From an uncultured Fibrobacterota bacterium (GTDB lineage: Bacteria > Fibrobacterota > Chitinivibrionia > Chitinivibrionales > FEN-1185): a stretch of DNA of 64,000 nt. The stretch lies in NCBI GenBank assembly GCA_963729895.1, contig CAVSQB010000015.1:1-64000 (forward strand). The letters are read 5' to 3'. This document shows positions 47,641 through 59,025 of this stretch, piece by piece. Below the pieces are notes generated by a model. The model made no database searches, was not told the DNA's origin, and was given only the letters and a program-made list of their open reading frames with translations. Made by a program: the position numbers and the translations under genes. How positions within the stretch are numbered: position 1 is the stretch's first letter; each line of letters opens with the position of its first letter.

Positions 47641-50244
47641 ATGCAACCGACGCTGTACGAACAACTGCTTCTGTGCGACAAACCCGACAACAACGAATTG
47701 CTGGGCCGATTTCTGGCTTATGTGCACGACCGGCACCTTACGCTCTACCCCGCCCAGGAAACTGCGATTCTGGAATTGTATGAAGAAAGAAATGTGATCC
47801 TGAACACTCCCACCGGATCGGGAAAATCCCTTGTCGCAATGGCAGCGCATTTCAAGGCGCTTGCCCAGGGCAAACGTTCGGTATACACCTGTCCGATAAA
47901 GGCCTTGGTCAACGAAAAATGGCTCGCACTCTGCCGGGAATTCGGGCCCGACAATGTCGGATTGTGCACCGGTGACGCATCGGTCAATCGTGACGCCCCC
48001 ATCCTGTGCTGCACCGCGGAAATTCTTGCCAACATTGCTTTGCGCGATGGAGCCGGCGCAAATGTCCAGGACGTGGTCATGGATGAGTTCCACTACTACG
48101 CGGACCGCGACCGGGGCGTGGCCTGGCAGGTGCCGCTGCTCACGCTTCCGCAGGCCAGGTTCCTCCTGATGTCGGCCACGCTGGGAGAAACGTCGTTTTT
48201 CGAAGAAGAACTCACGCGCCTCACGTCCAAGCCCACGGTGAGCGTCGTCTCGACCGACCGCCCGGTGCCGCTGGCTTACTCCTATGCCGTCACGCTGCTT
48301 TCCGCAACGGTTGAATCACTTGTAGCGGAAGGCAAGAGTCCGGTTTACGTCGTGCATTTCACCCAGCTCGAGGCGGCCCAAAACGCCCAAAATTTCACCA
48401 GTCTCAACATTTGCACGCGTGAAGAAAAGGATGCGATTGCACAGGCTGTTTCGGGTTTCAAGTTCAACAGCCCCTATGGCCCGGACATCAAACGATGGCT
48501 CCGCCAGGGAATCGGAATCCACCATGCCGGGTTGCTGCCGAAGTACCGCGTTCTGGCCGAGCGACTGGCGCAGCAAGGGCTGCTCAAGATCATCTGCGGA
48601 ACCGACACGCTCGGCGTAGGCATTAATGTTCCTATCCGCACCGTACTGCTCACACGGCTTTGCAAGTATGACGGCCGGAAGACTGCGATTCTAAGCGCAC
48701 GGGACTTCCACCAGATTTGCGGCCGCGCCGGCCGCAAGGGGTTCGACGACTGCGGCTGGGTGGTGGCCCAGGCACCCGAACACACCATAGAAAACGCGGC
48801 GCTCGAAGAAAAACGGTCGCAGGGCGGCAAGAAATTCGTCAAGCGCAAACCGCCGGAAAGAAACTTTGTTAATTGGGATGTCGGCACATTCAACCGCCTG
48901 GTTGCGGCAAAGCCGGAACAGTTAGTGTCCCGTTTCCAGGTTTCCCACGGCATGCTGCTCAACGTGCTGAGCCGTAAAAGCGACGGGTGCGCAGCCATGC
49001 GCGACCTTATTGTCCGCTGCCACGATTCCCCAAAGCAGAAGCAGGCACATGTCACCCTTGCCTGGCAGCTCTTTCGGTCGCTTGTCAACCGTTACATCGT
49101 CGAGTTCACCGGCCCGACGCCCGGCGGCGCAAAGGTCCGCGTCAACCTCGAGCTGCAAGACGATTTTTCCATGGACCAGACGCTGTCGCTGTACCTTCTG
49201 GAAACGCTGCCGCTTCTCGATGCGCAGGCGCCCGAATATCCGTTCCGGCTCCTTACCCTTATCGAGTCCATCCTTGAGGACCCTGACTCGATTTTGCGCA
49301 AGCAACTGGACAAACTCAAAACGCAGAAGATGGCGGAGATGAAAATGCAGGGCATTCCGTTTGATGAGCGCATCGAAGAGCTTGACAAAATCGAGTATCC
49401 CAAGCCCGACCGCGACTTCGTGTATTCGACGTTCAATGACTTTTCGGACCGTCATCCGTGGGTGGGCCAGGAAAATATCCGGCCCAAATCGATTGTGCGC
49501 GAAATGTTCGAGACCTACAGCTCGTTTGCCGATTATGTCCGTTCGTATGATCTTCACCGCATCGAAGGATTGCTTCTGCGTCACATCAACGGCGTCTACA
49601 AAGTCCTGGTGCAAACGGTCCCCGACTCGACCAAAAACGACATCATCGAGGAAATGGAGGTGTATCTCGGCACCATGATACGGCAGGTAGACTCGAGCCT
49701 TCTTGATGAATGGGAAAAGATGCACGATCCGTCGCACCTCGCCGCCGACGGCAAAGAAGTCCGGCCTTCCGGCGCCGAGGCGGCGAAACAGGACATTACC
49801 CGGGACCCAAAAAAATTCACCTCGCTTATACGGGCCCGGGTTTTCAGCTTCATTTCCGCGCTTATCAAACGCGATTTCACGGCGGCGCTCCACGTTGCGT
49901 GTCTGCGTCAGGACACCTCCTCGTTCCCGCCGGAAGAATCTGCATCGGCAGAAGACGGCACGCCAACTTTCACCGATTCTTCCTGGAGGCCGGAACTGCT
50001 TCAGCAGTTACTGGAAACGTATCTTACAGACCATAAGGCCCTGTGCCTCGACCCCGATGCACGGAACATCCGCCACACCTATGTGACGCCGCATCCGGAA
50101 AAAGGGGTATGGCAGGTCCAGCAGATGCTTGTCGACCCGGATAAGACAAACGACTGGGTGTTGGAATTCGAAGTGGACCTTGTCAAGTCACGGGAATCAG
50201 GTGAGCCATGCCTTGGTTTGAGAAAATTTGGAACTCTCGTGTGA
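47641..50244 (+). CDS. Ski2/HelY-like DEAD/DEAH-box helicase with DUF3516-type C-terminus
   Basis: [42 protein letters not shown] and GRAGRKG motifs. Confidence 0.93.
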   Translation: MQPTLYEQLLLCDKPDNNELLGRFLAYVHDRHLTLYPAQETAILELYEERNVILNTPTGSGKSLVAMAAHFKALAQGKRSVYTCPIKALVNEKWLALCREFGPDNVGLCTGDASVNRDAPILCCTAEILANIALRDGAGANVQDVVMDEFHYYADRDRGVAWQVPLLTLPQARFLLMSATLGETSFFEEELTRLTSKPTVSVVSTDRPVPLAYSYAVTLLSATVESLVAEGKSPVYVVHFTQLEAAQNAQNFTSLNICTREEKDAIAQAVSGFKFNSPYGPDIKRWLRQGIGIHHAGLLPKYRVLAERLAQQGLLKIICGTDTLGVGINVPIRTVLLTRLCKYDGRKTAILSARDFHQICGRAGRKGFDDCGWVVAQAPEHTIENAALEEKRSQGGKKFVKRKPPERNFVNWDVGTFNRLVAAKPEQLVSRFQVSHGMLLNVLSRKSDGCAAMRDLIVRCHDSPKQKQAHVTLAWQLFRSLVNRYIVEFTGPTPGGAKVRVNLELQDDFSMDQTLSLYLLETLPLLDAQAPEYPFRLLTLIESILEDPDSILRKQLDKLKTQKMAEMKMQGIPFDERIEELDKIEYPKPDRDFVYSTFNDFSDRHPWVGQENIRPKSIVREMFETYSSFADYVRSYDLHRIEGLLLRHINGVYKVLVQTVPDSTKNDIIEEMEVYLGTMIRQVDSSLLDEWEKMHDPSHLAADGKEVRPSGAEAAKQDITRDPKKFTSLIRARVFSFISALIKRDFTAALHVACLRQDTSSFPPEESASAEDGTPTFTDSSWRPELLQQLLETYLTDHKALCLDPDARNIRHTYVTPHPEKGVWQVQQMLVDPDKTNDWVLEFEVDLVKSRESGEPCLGLRKFGTLV

Positions 50245-50399
50245 GGAAGAGCTTCGCGGCGGTAATTTCCAAAGGAAAACCGGTCGCCTGGTCGACACCT
50301 TTCTGCAGTACTTCTAAGGGTTCAAGAAACGCAACCCCCAATTACTTCCTTATTCAACTGGTCCTCCTGTTTTTCAGGATATATTTTTTCCCCTTCCTT

Positions 50400-50491
50400 G
50401 GAGAGGTGCCTGAGCGGTTGAAAGGGGCGGTCTCGAAAACCGTTGCGCCCTTCAGTGGGTGCCCAGGGTTCGAATCCCTGCCTCTCCGCCA
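50400..50491 (+). tRNA. tRNA-Ser(CGA)
   Basis: GGAGAGG/CCTCTCC acceptor stem, G discriminator, encoded CCA, anticodon arm GCGGT-CT-CGA-AA-ACCGT, long variable arm, GGTTCGAATCC T-arm. Confidence 0.96.
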
Positions 50492-50498
50492 CTATGCG

Positions 50499-50537
50499 GA
50501 AGGGGTTCCTTGCCAGATAGGCAAGGAACCCCTTTTT
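50499..50537 (+). terminator. Intrinsic terminator after the tRNA
   Basis: AAGGGGTTCCTTGCC-agata-GGCAAGGAACCCCTT followed by a T-run. Confidence 0.85.
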
Positions 50538-50678
50538 GCTTGTATTTAGCCATAAATTCATAGACTTCCAAGCGAAACGACACTTCGCCTCGCTTCCCGT
50601 ATTTCCTCGTCCTCCACCCTCATTTTGCGATGTTCTTGCTACAGTTTTGATACAGTAAGGTTATCTTATCTTGTAAAC

Positions 50679-51350
50679 CTAATCGCAAATCGGGAGGTCG
50701 GTATGGCATATGTCGTCAGAAGAAATAGCATCGTCGTACAATTTCCACGCATTCGGCAGCTTGGTCGCCACGGGGTGAGCGGTGGTCTGGCCCACCCAGG
50801 CATAGGTGCCCGCAACAGAGGCATCATCGCTCCAATAATAGGTGAAACGGGTTCCGGCCCGGCAGGCATATTCCCAGAGTGCTTCGCTCGGTAGACGGTA
50901 TCCGCTCTTGGCCAAATTCATCACTAAATTCCCCAGGTTGGTACTCCCATTTCCCGGGGCACCGGTTACCGAGGTGTAGCCATACACTGTGTCCCAGCCG
51001 TCCCGTTTGCTGCGGGCATTGCAATACAGCAAGGCGTCGTACCATGTTACATTGTCAACAGGATTGAGAGTGCTGGATGTGTACACCGAGGGGTTTACGC
51101 CCATAAGCCCCTGATAATCTTCTTGAGTAACCTTGGTTGAATCGATGTACCAAGCCTTAGTGAATGTTACAGAATGAACGGGAACTTCATCGCCTTCCTG
51201 ATAGGGATCTTCCGGAACGGCGCCCATTATATAATTCCCCGCCGGAATCAACTTCAGGCCGGGGAAAACCGTTGCCCCGGCAATCGGGTACGCCACAGTG
51301 CAGAGAGCGATAATGCCAACTCCGGCGGTTCCTGCAAAGATTTTTTTCAT
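50679..51350 (-). pseudogene. Secreted SUMF1/FGE-sulfatase-domain protein, 3'-truncated
   Basis: IPAG.Y.MG, E.PVHSV, PVDNVTWYDA, GYRLPSEA.WEYACRAG and KLPNAWKLYD. The expected M.GNV.EW and the rest of the domain are missing. Confidence 0.75.
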
Positions 51351-51497
51351 ATCCTTTTGCCTTTTTGTTAAAAGTTTGTTTTCCGTCGGTCCATTTAGAT
51401 AAAGGCCCGTGCCAAGAATTCCAAGCACTCCCCTTGCGTTTCCGAGCCGAATGGGAAGAATGGCGGAGAAATCCGCCGCTCTTGTTGTTGGTACAGC

Positions 51498-52853
51498 CTA
51501 TTTCGCCTGCAAGAGCACCACACCGGCGGCCGGAAGAGTCGTCCCATGTGCGAACAGCCCCGCCTCACCCGGCGCCGTGACGGAGCGGCTCGCAATGAGC
51601 CTGCCGCGCACGTCGTATGCGTAAACGACTCTGCTGTCCTGCGGAAACTGAACCCGTGCTGCGCCCAGGCCGGGCACGCACAGCATCCGTTGCATCGCGC
51701 GGCATTGGACAGGGGTGTCGCATCGACCGCGAAAGGAAGCAGCGGTTTCACCGGCGCCGGTCACCCGCTTGTACAATTCCTCTCCTGCAAGCAGCAGCGC
51801 GCCCTCGCCTTCGGAGCTCGAATAATAGTTGAACATAGCGTTACTCGGTTCTGTGCCCACAATCTGGCAGTACATCAGCATGCCGTTGGCGGCAATGTTC
51901 CTCACCAGGCCGGACCATGCTTTACGCATGGGAGGCGTGAACGTTGCGGAATCGAGGATTCCGTTGTTGATGCCCCATGCCATGGCAAAACAGAAAAACG
52001 CGGTGGAGCTTGTTTCGTGTATGGGCCACTGCACCGAATCAAGCAGGCTCGTGGTCCACAGCCCGTCTCCCTGCTGAAGCGCAGTGACCGCTGTCACCTG
52101 GTCGCGGAACTGGGTTATCATCGAGTCCCGTCCGTGGTAACCGGCAGGAGTGTACTTGAGCACGCGAGCCTGGCCGCCCAGCACCCAGGCTTCGCCGGGC
52201 CCCCAGAAAACCGGCTTCCCGTTTGCCGCAGAGTCAAGCTTGTATCCGGCGTCGCGCCAATACAGGTGAAACGCGTCGCTGTACAGCACACTCGCGTTCT
52301 CCCACCAGCATTTGTAAAGCGTATCCAGGATACGGGTCTGCCCGGTGATTGCATTCAACATGGCGATTCCGGGCGGAACCATATACAGGAGATCACACCA
52401 TCCCCAATAACCGCTTCCGGATGGCGCCATGTTTAAATAAGCTGCGGTAACTTGATTGAGCCATGGTTGGTACATGTACTTTTTCGAGGTGTCGGCGGCA
52501 AACATGTATGATTCGCAAAATGTCTGTGCGCAACACGCCTGATCCCCGCCGCTAACAGGCGTCCAGTTTGTCCACTGGCCGAAATTGACGATGCTGTCGA
52601 GGTACTGTTTGTCGTTTGTGCGGCGGTACAATGCGCAGATGCCGGTCATGTAAGCGCCCGCGTCCCAGCTGGCGGTTGAGACGAAGTAGTCGCCGAGATT
52701 TTTTATGCCGTGCGACAACCGGTATTGCGCGACCTTGCGCATGATGCTTGTAATGCTGTCCGGGCTGAATTCGTCGGCAAAGGATGGCCCGGCAAGCACG
52801 AACACCAGGAAGATGCAAATGCCGAAGACAACGGGTCGGTACGATTTCTTCAT
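51498..52853 (-). CDS. Secreted GH105/GH88-like glycoside hydrolase with C-terminal sorting tail
   Basis: Signal peptide, WCDLLYMVPP, LYWRD, GKPVFW, QQGDGLW.TSLLD, ETSSTAFF and EGALLLAG motifs. Confidence 0.85.
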   Translation of the reverse strand: MKKSYRPVVFGICIFLVFVLAGPSFADEFSPDSITSIMRKVAQYRLSHGIKNLGDYFVSTASWDAGAYMTGICALYRRTNDKQYLDSIVNFGQWTNWTPVSGGDQACCAQTFCESYMFAADTSKKYMYQPWLNQVTAAYLNMAPSGSGYWGWCDLLYMVPPGIAMLNAITGQTRILDTLYKCWWENASVLYSDAFHLYWRDAGYKLDSAANGKPVFWGPGEAWVLGGQARVLKYTPAGYHGRDSMITQFRDQVTAVTALQQGDGLWTTSLLDSVQWPIHETSSTAFFCFAMAWGINNGILDSATFTPPMRKAWSGLVRNIAANGMLMYCQIVGTEPSNAMFNYYSSSEGEGALLLAGEELYKRVTGAGETAASFRGRCDTPVQCRAMQRMLCVPGLGAARVQFPQDSRVVYAYDVRGRLIASRSVTAPGEAGLFAHGTTLPAAGVVLLQAK

Positions 52854-52991
52854 GGGTTCCCCTTGTTTTGTCGGATCGTCATTTGTGATCGCATTTATCA
52901 AACAACATAAGAATAAGCGATCGATGAGTCAAGATTGATGCCGCCGCCCGCAGTTGACGGAAAATACTATTCGAAGGGAGAGTGCTTTGCA

Positions 52992-53852
52992 TTACTTGTC
53001 GTCTGCAACATACCGAACCCGAAATATGCCTTTGTTAAGAGAAGCTGGCGGCGTCACGAAGGAGGGGTCTGGGCCGCCATTACACGTGATTTCCCAGACT
53101 TTCTTTCCGATAATCGAGTACAATTCCACTCGCGCAACCTTGCCCGGAACGCGGAGGCGGGATGATGCCATGCCCGGACCCAGCCACAAAACGGAACCGG
53201 CAGCGGAGGCAAAGCATCGAGCCTTTGCAGGCATCGGCATAGCCGGCGTCGGCGGATCGTATCCCCACACCTGGACTTCGGTGAACGCGCACCATTTTGT
53301 GGTGTCGCTCGCAACGAAATCGGTAATCGTCACCGATTGCGTGGTGCGGCTTGTAAAAGGAAATTCCTGCCCGGTCCGGAGTGAATCGATGAAAATCGTG
53401 TCTCTGCTCCCGTTTGAAAAGACGAGCGTTGCCTGTTTCCAGTAGCTGTCGTGTGAAGGGATGCCGGCCCAGTCGGCGCGCACCCAGATTTTCACTTTGT
53501 CGACACTCACTTCGTGGCCGAAATCAACCTTCCACCACAACCCTGGAACATGCAGCTGTGGCCCCCAGGATGCATAGGTCATGGAACCGTGGCTTGCGTT
53601 GTTGGTGTCACCGTTGATGGCGTCGAGCGCAAGAAAGACGGTGTCCGGCACGCAATGATTGCCGCCCGTGGTGTCCTGGGGATAAATGCACGGATATTCG
53701 CTGTTCGACGATGCATGCGGAAAGCCGTATCCCTGCGCGCGCACGTCGTTGGGATTGAGAGCGATATTGCGATAGGTCTGGCCGTTTGCCTGCGCAATAA
53801 GTCCGGGAATGATGAGCAGGTAGGCGAGAGCGAGTGTTCTTGTATGGGACAT
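52992..53852 (-). CDS. Secreted galactose-binding-like (discoidin/F5-8) domain protein with C-terminal sorting tail
   Basis: YRNIALN, ALDAING, SWGP, WWKVDFG and FTEVQVWG motifs. Confidence 0.75.
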   Translation of the reverse strand: MSHTRTLALAYLLIIPGLIAQANGQTYRNIALNPNDVRAQGYGFPHASSNSEYPCIYPQDTTGGNHCVPDTVFLALDAINGDTNNASHGSMTYASWGPQLHVPGLWWKVDFGHEVSVDKVKIWVRADWAGIPSHDSYWKQATLVFSNGSRDTIFIDSLRTGQEFPFTSRTTQSVTITDFVASDTTKWCAFTEVQVWGYDPPTPAMPMPAKARCFASAAGSVLWLGPGMASSRLRVPGKVARVELYSIIGKKVWEITCNGGPDPSFVTPPASLNKGIFRVRYVADDK

Positions 53853-54171
53853 TGTTTGTCTCCCTGGAAACGGTACCCTTGAAAAATATGGCAATCTCCG
53901 CTGCAAGGAAAGTCTCTAATGACACAGAACTTATACGCACCAGCGGAATGTATGTCGTTTTGTATTCAGGCGAATTTCACAGACCGCAATGCGCACTCGA
54001 CGCAGGGGTTCTCGTAAAGAAAGTGGTTCTCAAAGTTACAATGACTGCAATCCGTTGAGAGCCGATTTTACGACAAGAAAAATGATCAGAGGTTTCTTCG
54101 GGTGACAGAGTGATGCCACGAAAGTATGCGCAGAAAACTCCGAACCGTCCTGAAAAAAAATCCTCCTGCAC

Positions 54172-55497
54172 CTATCTTGAAAAGGTCAAATAGCAAACGC
54201 CCGAGCCCGCAGATGCGGGAACCTGCACATCAGCCCCGCCCATAACGCTGCGACGCCACAACATCTTTCCGTTTGCAGCATACAACACTATTTCCCTCGC
54301 TCCAACCGGTACGGTTACTCGCCTCTGTTCCAGACCCGTTACCAACACGCTCCCACCAATTCGCCAATCACGCAATGATGCATTGCTGGAGGAGGAAGTT
54401 GGTTTTGGGAGGGTACCTGTGGGCAAGGAAGTTATTATGGATACGCCCAACCCTGCCAGCAAGAACGCGCCGTGCCCTTCGGGAATGGACGTCCAATCAT
54501 ACACTGAGCCGGGCTGGTTGCTCCACGACTGGCCGTACTCAACCCTGCCCGTTGAGTCAACCACCTTTACAAGCGCAGACCAGCCTTTGCGAATAGTCGG
54601 CACAAACGTGGCGGAATCCAATATGCCCCACGACACGCCGAGCGACATTGCGTAAATAAAGAACGATGTGCAGCTTGATTCCGGATCCGGAAATTCGGTT
54701 GGTTCAAAAAGGCTTGTACGCCAGAAACCATCGGGTTGTTGCTTGCTGCGAATCGTGTCGCAAAAAGTCTTGAATGTTACCTGCCAGGCCGGCCGGTATT
54801 TGGAATTCTGCGGCAGATATTTTAGGGCGCGAACCATGCCTCCGAGCACCCAGGCGTTTCCAGGCCCCCAGAATTGCGGATAACCCTCGGGGGTTTTTTT
54901 GAAAGTAGGCAACGTATTCCAGTACCAAAGTTTGTAAACGGTGTCCTGAAAATCCTTTTCCGCACCGCGGAACATGACATTGAGTGAATCATAGTACATT
55001 GGATTGCCGGTGATATACCCCATCATGGCAAAATTCGGCAAGCCCATGTACACCGCATCCTGCCAGCCGAAAAGATGATTGACGGGAGACGTGAGAATGC
55101 CGTCCAGGGCGGTTTTCGATACCTGATATTTTGCGGCATTTGCCGGAACGGAATCAACGATAAACCGTTCGCAAAAAGTTTGAATCGCGCACAAATTGTC
55201 TCCGGTTCCGCCACCCCAGGTCCAATTCCACCGGTTCCCCCAACTGTCAATGCTGTCGAGCCATTGCCGGTCGTGCGTGGCGCAATACAAACCAGTTATC
55301 CCGGTCATAATCGTTCCGCCGTCCCAATCGTGGTTTATTCCCGCCGCCGTGCCCGCTCCATAGGTGGTAAAGGCATACCTGGCAACTTTCCGCATTATGC
55401 TTGTGATGCTGTCCGGAGAAAATTCGTCGGAATAGCTAGTGGCAGGCAACAGCATTGCCAGAGCAAACAAAAGTGTGCATGTGATCATTCTTTTCAT
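54172..55497 (-). CDS. Secreted GH105/GH88-like glycoside hydrolase (paralogue of 51498-52853)
   Basis: Shared DEFSPDSITSIMRKVA, WQDAVYM, QQPDGFW.TSL, ESSCTSFF and HGAFLLAG motifs. Confidence 0.85.
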   Translation of the reverse strand: MKRMITCTLLFALAMLLPATSYSDEFSPDSITSIMRKVARYAFTTYGAGTAAGINHDWDGGTIMTGITGLYCATHDRQWLDSIDSWGNRWNWTWGGGTGDNLCAIQTFCERFIVDSVPANAAKYQVSKTALDGILTSPVNHLFGWQDAVYMGLPNFAMMGYITGNPMYYDSLNVMFRGAEKDFQDTVYKLWYWNTLPTFKKTPEGYPQFWGPGNAWVLGGMVRALKYLPQNSKYRPAWQVTFKTFCDTIRSKQQPDGFWRTSLFEPTEFPDPESSCTSFFIYAMSLGVSWGILDSATFVPTIRKGWSALVKVVDSTGRVEYGQSWSNQPGSVYDWTSIPEGHGAFLLAGLGVSIITSLPTGTLPKPTSSSSNASLRDWRIGGSVLVTGLEQRRVTVPVGAREIVLYAANGKMLWRRSVMGGADVQVPASAGSGVCYLTFSR

Positions 55498-55770
55498 GTT
55501 TTCTTCCTTTCAAATCGGATCAAGACCAGAACGATCAAATGTCATTTCGACATAACCACCTATTCCCAAGCACAGCATCCGCCAAAATCTAAGTATAAGT
55601 ATAAGAAACTTGAACCATTTTTGCCTTTTGTAATGTGGAATACCACACCATCTTTGCATGACGCCGCTGTATCCACAGAGCGGGGATTTTTTGGCGGTTA
55701 TCGCTAAATAGCCTGACAAATCAATAACTTACAAGACATTCCGTGATCGATTTTTTGTTGCAAAAACTGG

Positions 55771-56628
55771 CTATACCCCAATTACTTTCTCAGTCGAAAT
55801 GGGAGTTTTCTCTTTGAATTGACCTCTGTATTCTTCAGGTGTTTTCCCCTTTAGTGATCCGTGTGGCCGTATCCGGTTGTAAATGTTCTTCCAATGTTCG
55901 ATTATTCTTTCTGCGTCCTCTAATGAGATGAACCAGTTTTCATTCAAGCATTGGTCCCTGAATATCGAATTGAATGATTCTACAAAAGCATTCTGGCTGG
56001 GCTTGCCGGGCTGAATGAATTCCTGCCTTACCTGGTTTCGTATTGCCCAGAGCATGAGTTCTTTGCTCCGGAATTCCGGGCCGTTATCAGTCAACAGAGC
56101 TTCCGGCTTTCCGTACCTGGCCACTAGGTGGTCTAGAACTTGGCAGACTCCTAGTGCTGGAATAGAACGTGCTACCTTGATTGCAAGAGCCTCACGGGTG
56201 CAGTCATCGACAACATTCAGGCATTTCAGCTTGCGCTTGTCGGAAGTACTGTCGAATATGAAATCCATTGACCAGCGACGGCTTGGCCGATCCGGCAGCG
56301 TCAACGGCATCCGTTGGCTATTGCGTTTCTGACGCCTCCTCCGCTTGCTTTTCTGAAGCGATTCTTCCTTGTAGAGCCGATGCACACGTTTGTGATTTAC
56401 TATGTACCCAAGGTTGCGGAGATACCAATAAAGCGTCGGAAAGCCCCATGAACGGAACGATGAAATGGTTTCATGCATTTTTGTTTTCAACTCGCTGTTC
56501 AAAGCCGATTCCTGCGGTCGATAGCGGTACCCTGCCGGTGTCATACCCAGAAGTCCGCATGCTTTCCGTTGACTCAGGCCTTGCCGCATTAGTGCGTCCA
56601 CAGTCAGCCTACGCTGAGGACGCTTCAC
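55771..56628 (-). CDS. IS3 transposase OrfB
   Basis: WSMDF, VVDDCTRE, TDNGPEF and PGKPSQNAFVESFN motifs. Confidence 0.93.
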   Translation of the reverse strand: MKRPQRRLTVDALMRQGLSQRKACGLLGMTPAGYRYRPQESALNSELKTKMHETISSFRSWGFPTLYWYLRNLGYIVNHKRVHRLYKEESLQKSKRRRRQKRNSQRMPLTLPDRPSRRWSMDFIFDSTSDKRKLKCLNVVDDCTREALAIKVARSIPALGVCQVLDHLVARYGKPEALLTDNGPEFRSKELMLWAIRNQVRQEFIQPGKPSQNAFVESFNSIFRDQCLNENWFISLEDAERIIEHWKNIYNRIRPHGSLKGKTPEEYRGQFKEKTPISTEKVIGV

Positions 56629-56891
56629 TATTTTCTTTGCAGCACTTCCTTCATTGCATCGATCTGAAGTGCCTGGTCTGCAACAATCCGCTTGAGCCGG
56701 CTGTTTTCGCCCTCGATCTCCTTCATCCTTTTCAGATCAGAGAGCTCAAGTCCGCTGTATTTGCTCTTCCAACGGAAGTACGTGTTCTCTGAAATACCAT
56801 ATTGACGACAAAGATCAGCGACTTTGGCTCCGCGGTCGCCCTCTTGCAGGATCCGAAAAATCTGCTCTTCACTGTAGCGCTTGCCTTTCAT
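56628..56891 (-). CDS. IS3 transposase OrfA
   Basis: KRYSEEQI..IL, LCRQYGISENTYFRWKSKY and ENSRLKRIVAD motifs. AGGAGG RBS. Confidence 0.93.
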   Translation of the reverse strand: MKGKRYSEEQIFRILQEGDRGAKVADLCRQYGISENTYFRWKSKYSGLELSDLKRMKEIEGENSRLKRIVADQALQIDAMKEVLQRK

Positions 56892-57465
56892 GAGTCCTCC
56901 TAGTTAGTTTAAAATAACTCGGAAAACTCCCTTCTCAAATGAGCAAGTTTTCGGGGGTATAGCCAAAACAGCGAATGCCGAAGTCAACGGAAAAATATTC
57001 AATTCAATAGCCTCTTCCAAAATCCGGTTTGTCAGTGAATAATATAAGCGCGCTTTACGTGCGTAAACGGAATATTGTGAAGATGCAGCCATTATCCGTT
57101 ACACACCTGTGTAACGATCAATGCAAAGTAAGCGTTTATAGAATATCGTTCAATCATAACGCATGTCAATATATAGTCAGCCGAGACAAGGGTACATGGG
57201 GGCCGCATCGGGAAGCTTGCTACTCTTGTTGAGCGAAAAACTACGCCGCCTTCTCATGCCGATCCTCAAGGGGTTCTTGTCGACTACAATGGGGAACAAC
57301 TTCCGAAAGAAAATGGATTTAAGGGGCGGGTGAATCCGGCATGTCAATTTTCTACCAGGAAACAGAATCTTTGCGTTCTACGGGACCTATCCAGCATTAT
57401 CGTCCCCTTCGTGACCTGGACCGCTGAGCCTTCGTTAGCACCCCGGATAAACGCCAGCAGCGGGG

Positions 57466-59025
57466 CTACCGTGAGAACAGAATGCATTTTTCGCTTCGTG
57501 AGGCATAATCGCCGACGTTTCTTCCCGTAAACGTCATTTTGACAACATATGCTCCGGGAGATTGCGGGTCGGCATTCCAGTCTATCGAATGCAGTCCGTC
57601 GCCGATGCCCACATAACGAGAACGCCAGACGATGCGACCAGCACACGTTATGATGTTCACTTCGACACCGCTATAATCAACCGGCGCCGAATACTCGATC
57701 TGGACGCCATTCCGCAATGTCAAAATTCTGAATCTGCAAGCGTCCTCAATAGCGGATGGCTTCCGGGGAGACGAAACGCCTGCTGCAGCCATCGGTTGGG
57801 TCGGACGAACGGCCGTCAACGCGATCTTGCCTTTGAGCATCCTGCCGCCGTCGCCCGTAAGCCGAAGGTAATAATCGGACGAACAGGCAGTGCCGTCCTC
57901 GTCGCTCAAACCGGCAAACGTGGTGCCGGCAGGCATGGTTGAGGCGTCTTGGGCGGTCTTGGCGATTTGATTCCCTTCATTGAATTCATCGAACATCGAA
58001 ATGTAAATTCCCTGGCATCCCGCCCGAATTGCGTTATAGAACTCGAGCCACATGAGGTTGCCATGGACCCGTTGACGCAGGGAGTTGTCTCCGGGAAGGA
58101 CGCAAGGCTGATAGTCGATGCCGTTGGTATTGCAATCCTCCTGGTCCGGCACGATAAAATTGGAATAAATACCGTTAGCTCCGTTCGTGTCGCTAAACGC
58201 CCCGATCAACCACGGCGAAAGCATGTTGAAGGCGTGGTACACTCCAAGGTATCCGGACCTGGAGCCGCCGGTCCCCGTGCGCCATTCCCGGGGTACGCCG
58301 CCGATAACGTAACAGCCCTGGCCTTTGAACCAGGTGACTACGTCCAGGCATGTTGCGGAGTCCCAAGGATGATTCGAATCGTTGAAGCCGAAACCCCAGA
58401 TGCACACCACAGGCTTTCCGTTTTGTTTCGCATACATCGGAGAAGAGATCAGCGCAGACATTTTGACGGTCCAATCGGTCTTCATTTGGATTTGCATGGA
58501 ATCCCAGCCTGTGGCATCGTACATGATATAAAACTTCACGCCGTAGGTTTCCGCAGCTGCCCTTACTTTTAATGCCATGGAATCGCGGGTAGGACCTTCC
58601 CCGCCATCCGGGTTGAACCGCTGCAAGGCTGCGCAGTCGATGCCGTATTGCTGCATCCACTGAAACTGAGTGTCTACCGTTGATTGATCGAAGGAAGAAA
58701 ACAATCTTGCAGGCTGTCCGTTGCCGAGATTCGCATAGGCTGTTTGATAGCTCTTGGCATATTCACTCATGTCGGGCCAGCTCTTTATGCCCTGATTGGT
58801 CGGAGACGGCGGCTGTCCCCAATTGTTGGCCCAATGCCACCAGCCGTTTATCGGAGCGCCATCGCCTATGCAGGCAAACCAACCCTGGTAGCCCACGGTA
58901 ACCTTTCCAACTACATCGCCGGGCCCACTGGCAGCCATTGCCGGGTTTACGCCGAATATGGCTGAGGAGACCATTGCACACAGCAATAACGCTTCTCCAA
59001 GGGAGATAGAGCATCGTGTTTTCAT
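57466..59025 (-). CDS. Secreted GH71/GH99-like glycoside hydrolase with C-terminal sorting tail
   Basis: VGYQGWF, WPDMSEY, WMQQYGID, IMYD, KPVVCIWGFG and YISMFDEFNEG motifs. Confidence 0.82.
   Translation of the reverse strand: MKTRCSISLGEALLLCAMVSSAIFGVNPAMAASGPGDVVGKVTVGYQGWFACIGDGAPINGWWHWANNWGQPPSPTNQGIKSWPDMSEYAKSYQTAYANLGNGQPARLFSSFDQSTVDTQFQWMQQYGIDCAALQRFNPDGGEGPTRDSMALKVRAAAETYGVKFYIMYDATGWDSMQIQMKTDWTVKMSALISSPMYAKQNGKPVVCIWGFGFNDSNHPWDSATCLDVVTWFKGQGCYVIGGVPREWRTGTGGSRSGYLGVYHAFNMLSPWLIGAFSDTNGANGIYSNFIVPDQEDCNTNGIDYQPCVLPGDNSLRQRVHGNLMWLEFYNAIRAGCQGIYISMFDEFNEGNQIAKTAQDASTMPAGTTFAGLSDEDGTACSSDYYLRLTGDGGRMLKGKIALTAVRPTQPMAAAGVSSPRKPSAIEDACRFRILTLRNGVQIEYSAPVDYSGVEVNIITCAGRIVWRSRYVGIGDGLHSIDWNADPQSPGAYVVKMTFTGRNVGDYASRSEKCILFSR

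Larger units (their letters stand above)
55768..56965 (-). mobile_element. IS3-family insertion sequence, 1198 bp
   Basis: IRs TGGCTATACCCC and GGGGTATAGCCA. 4-bp target duplication AAAC (55764-55767, 56966-56969). Confidence 0.95.

Noticed and set aside
57200..57460. Possible gene remnant between IS3 and the GH71/99-like gene
   Set aside because: Short open stretches with no recognisable family.
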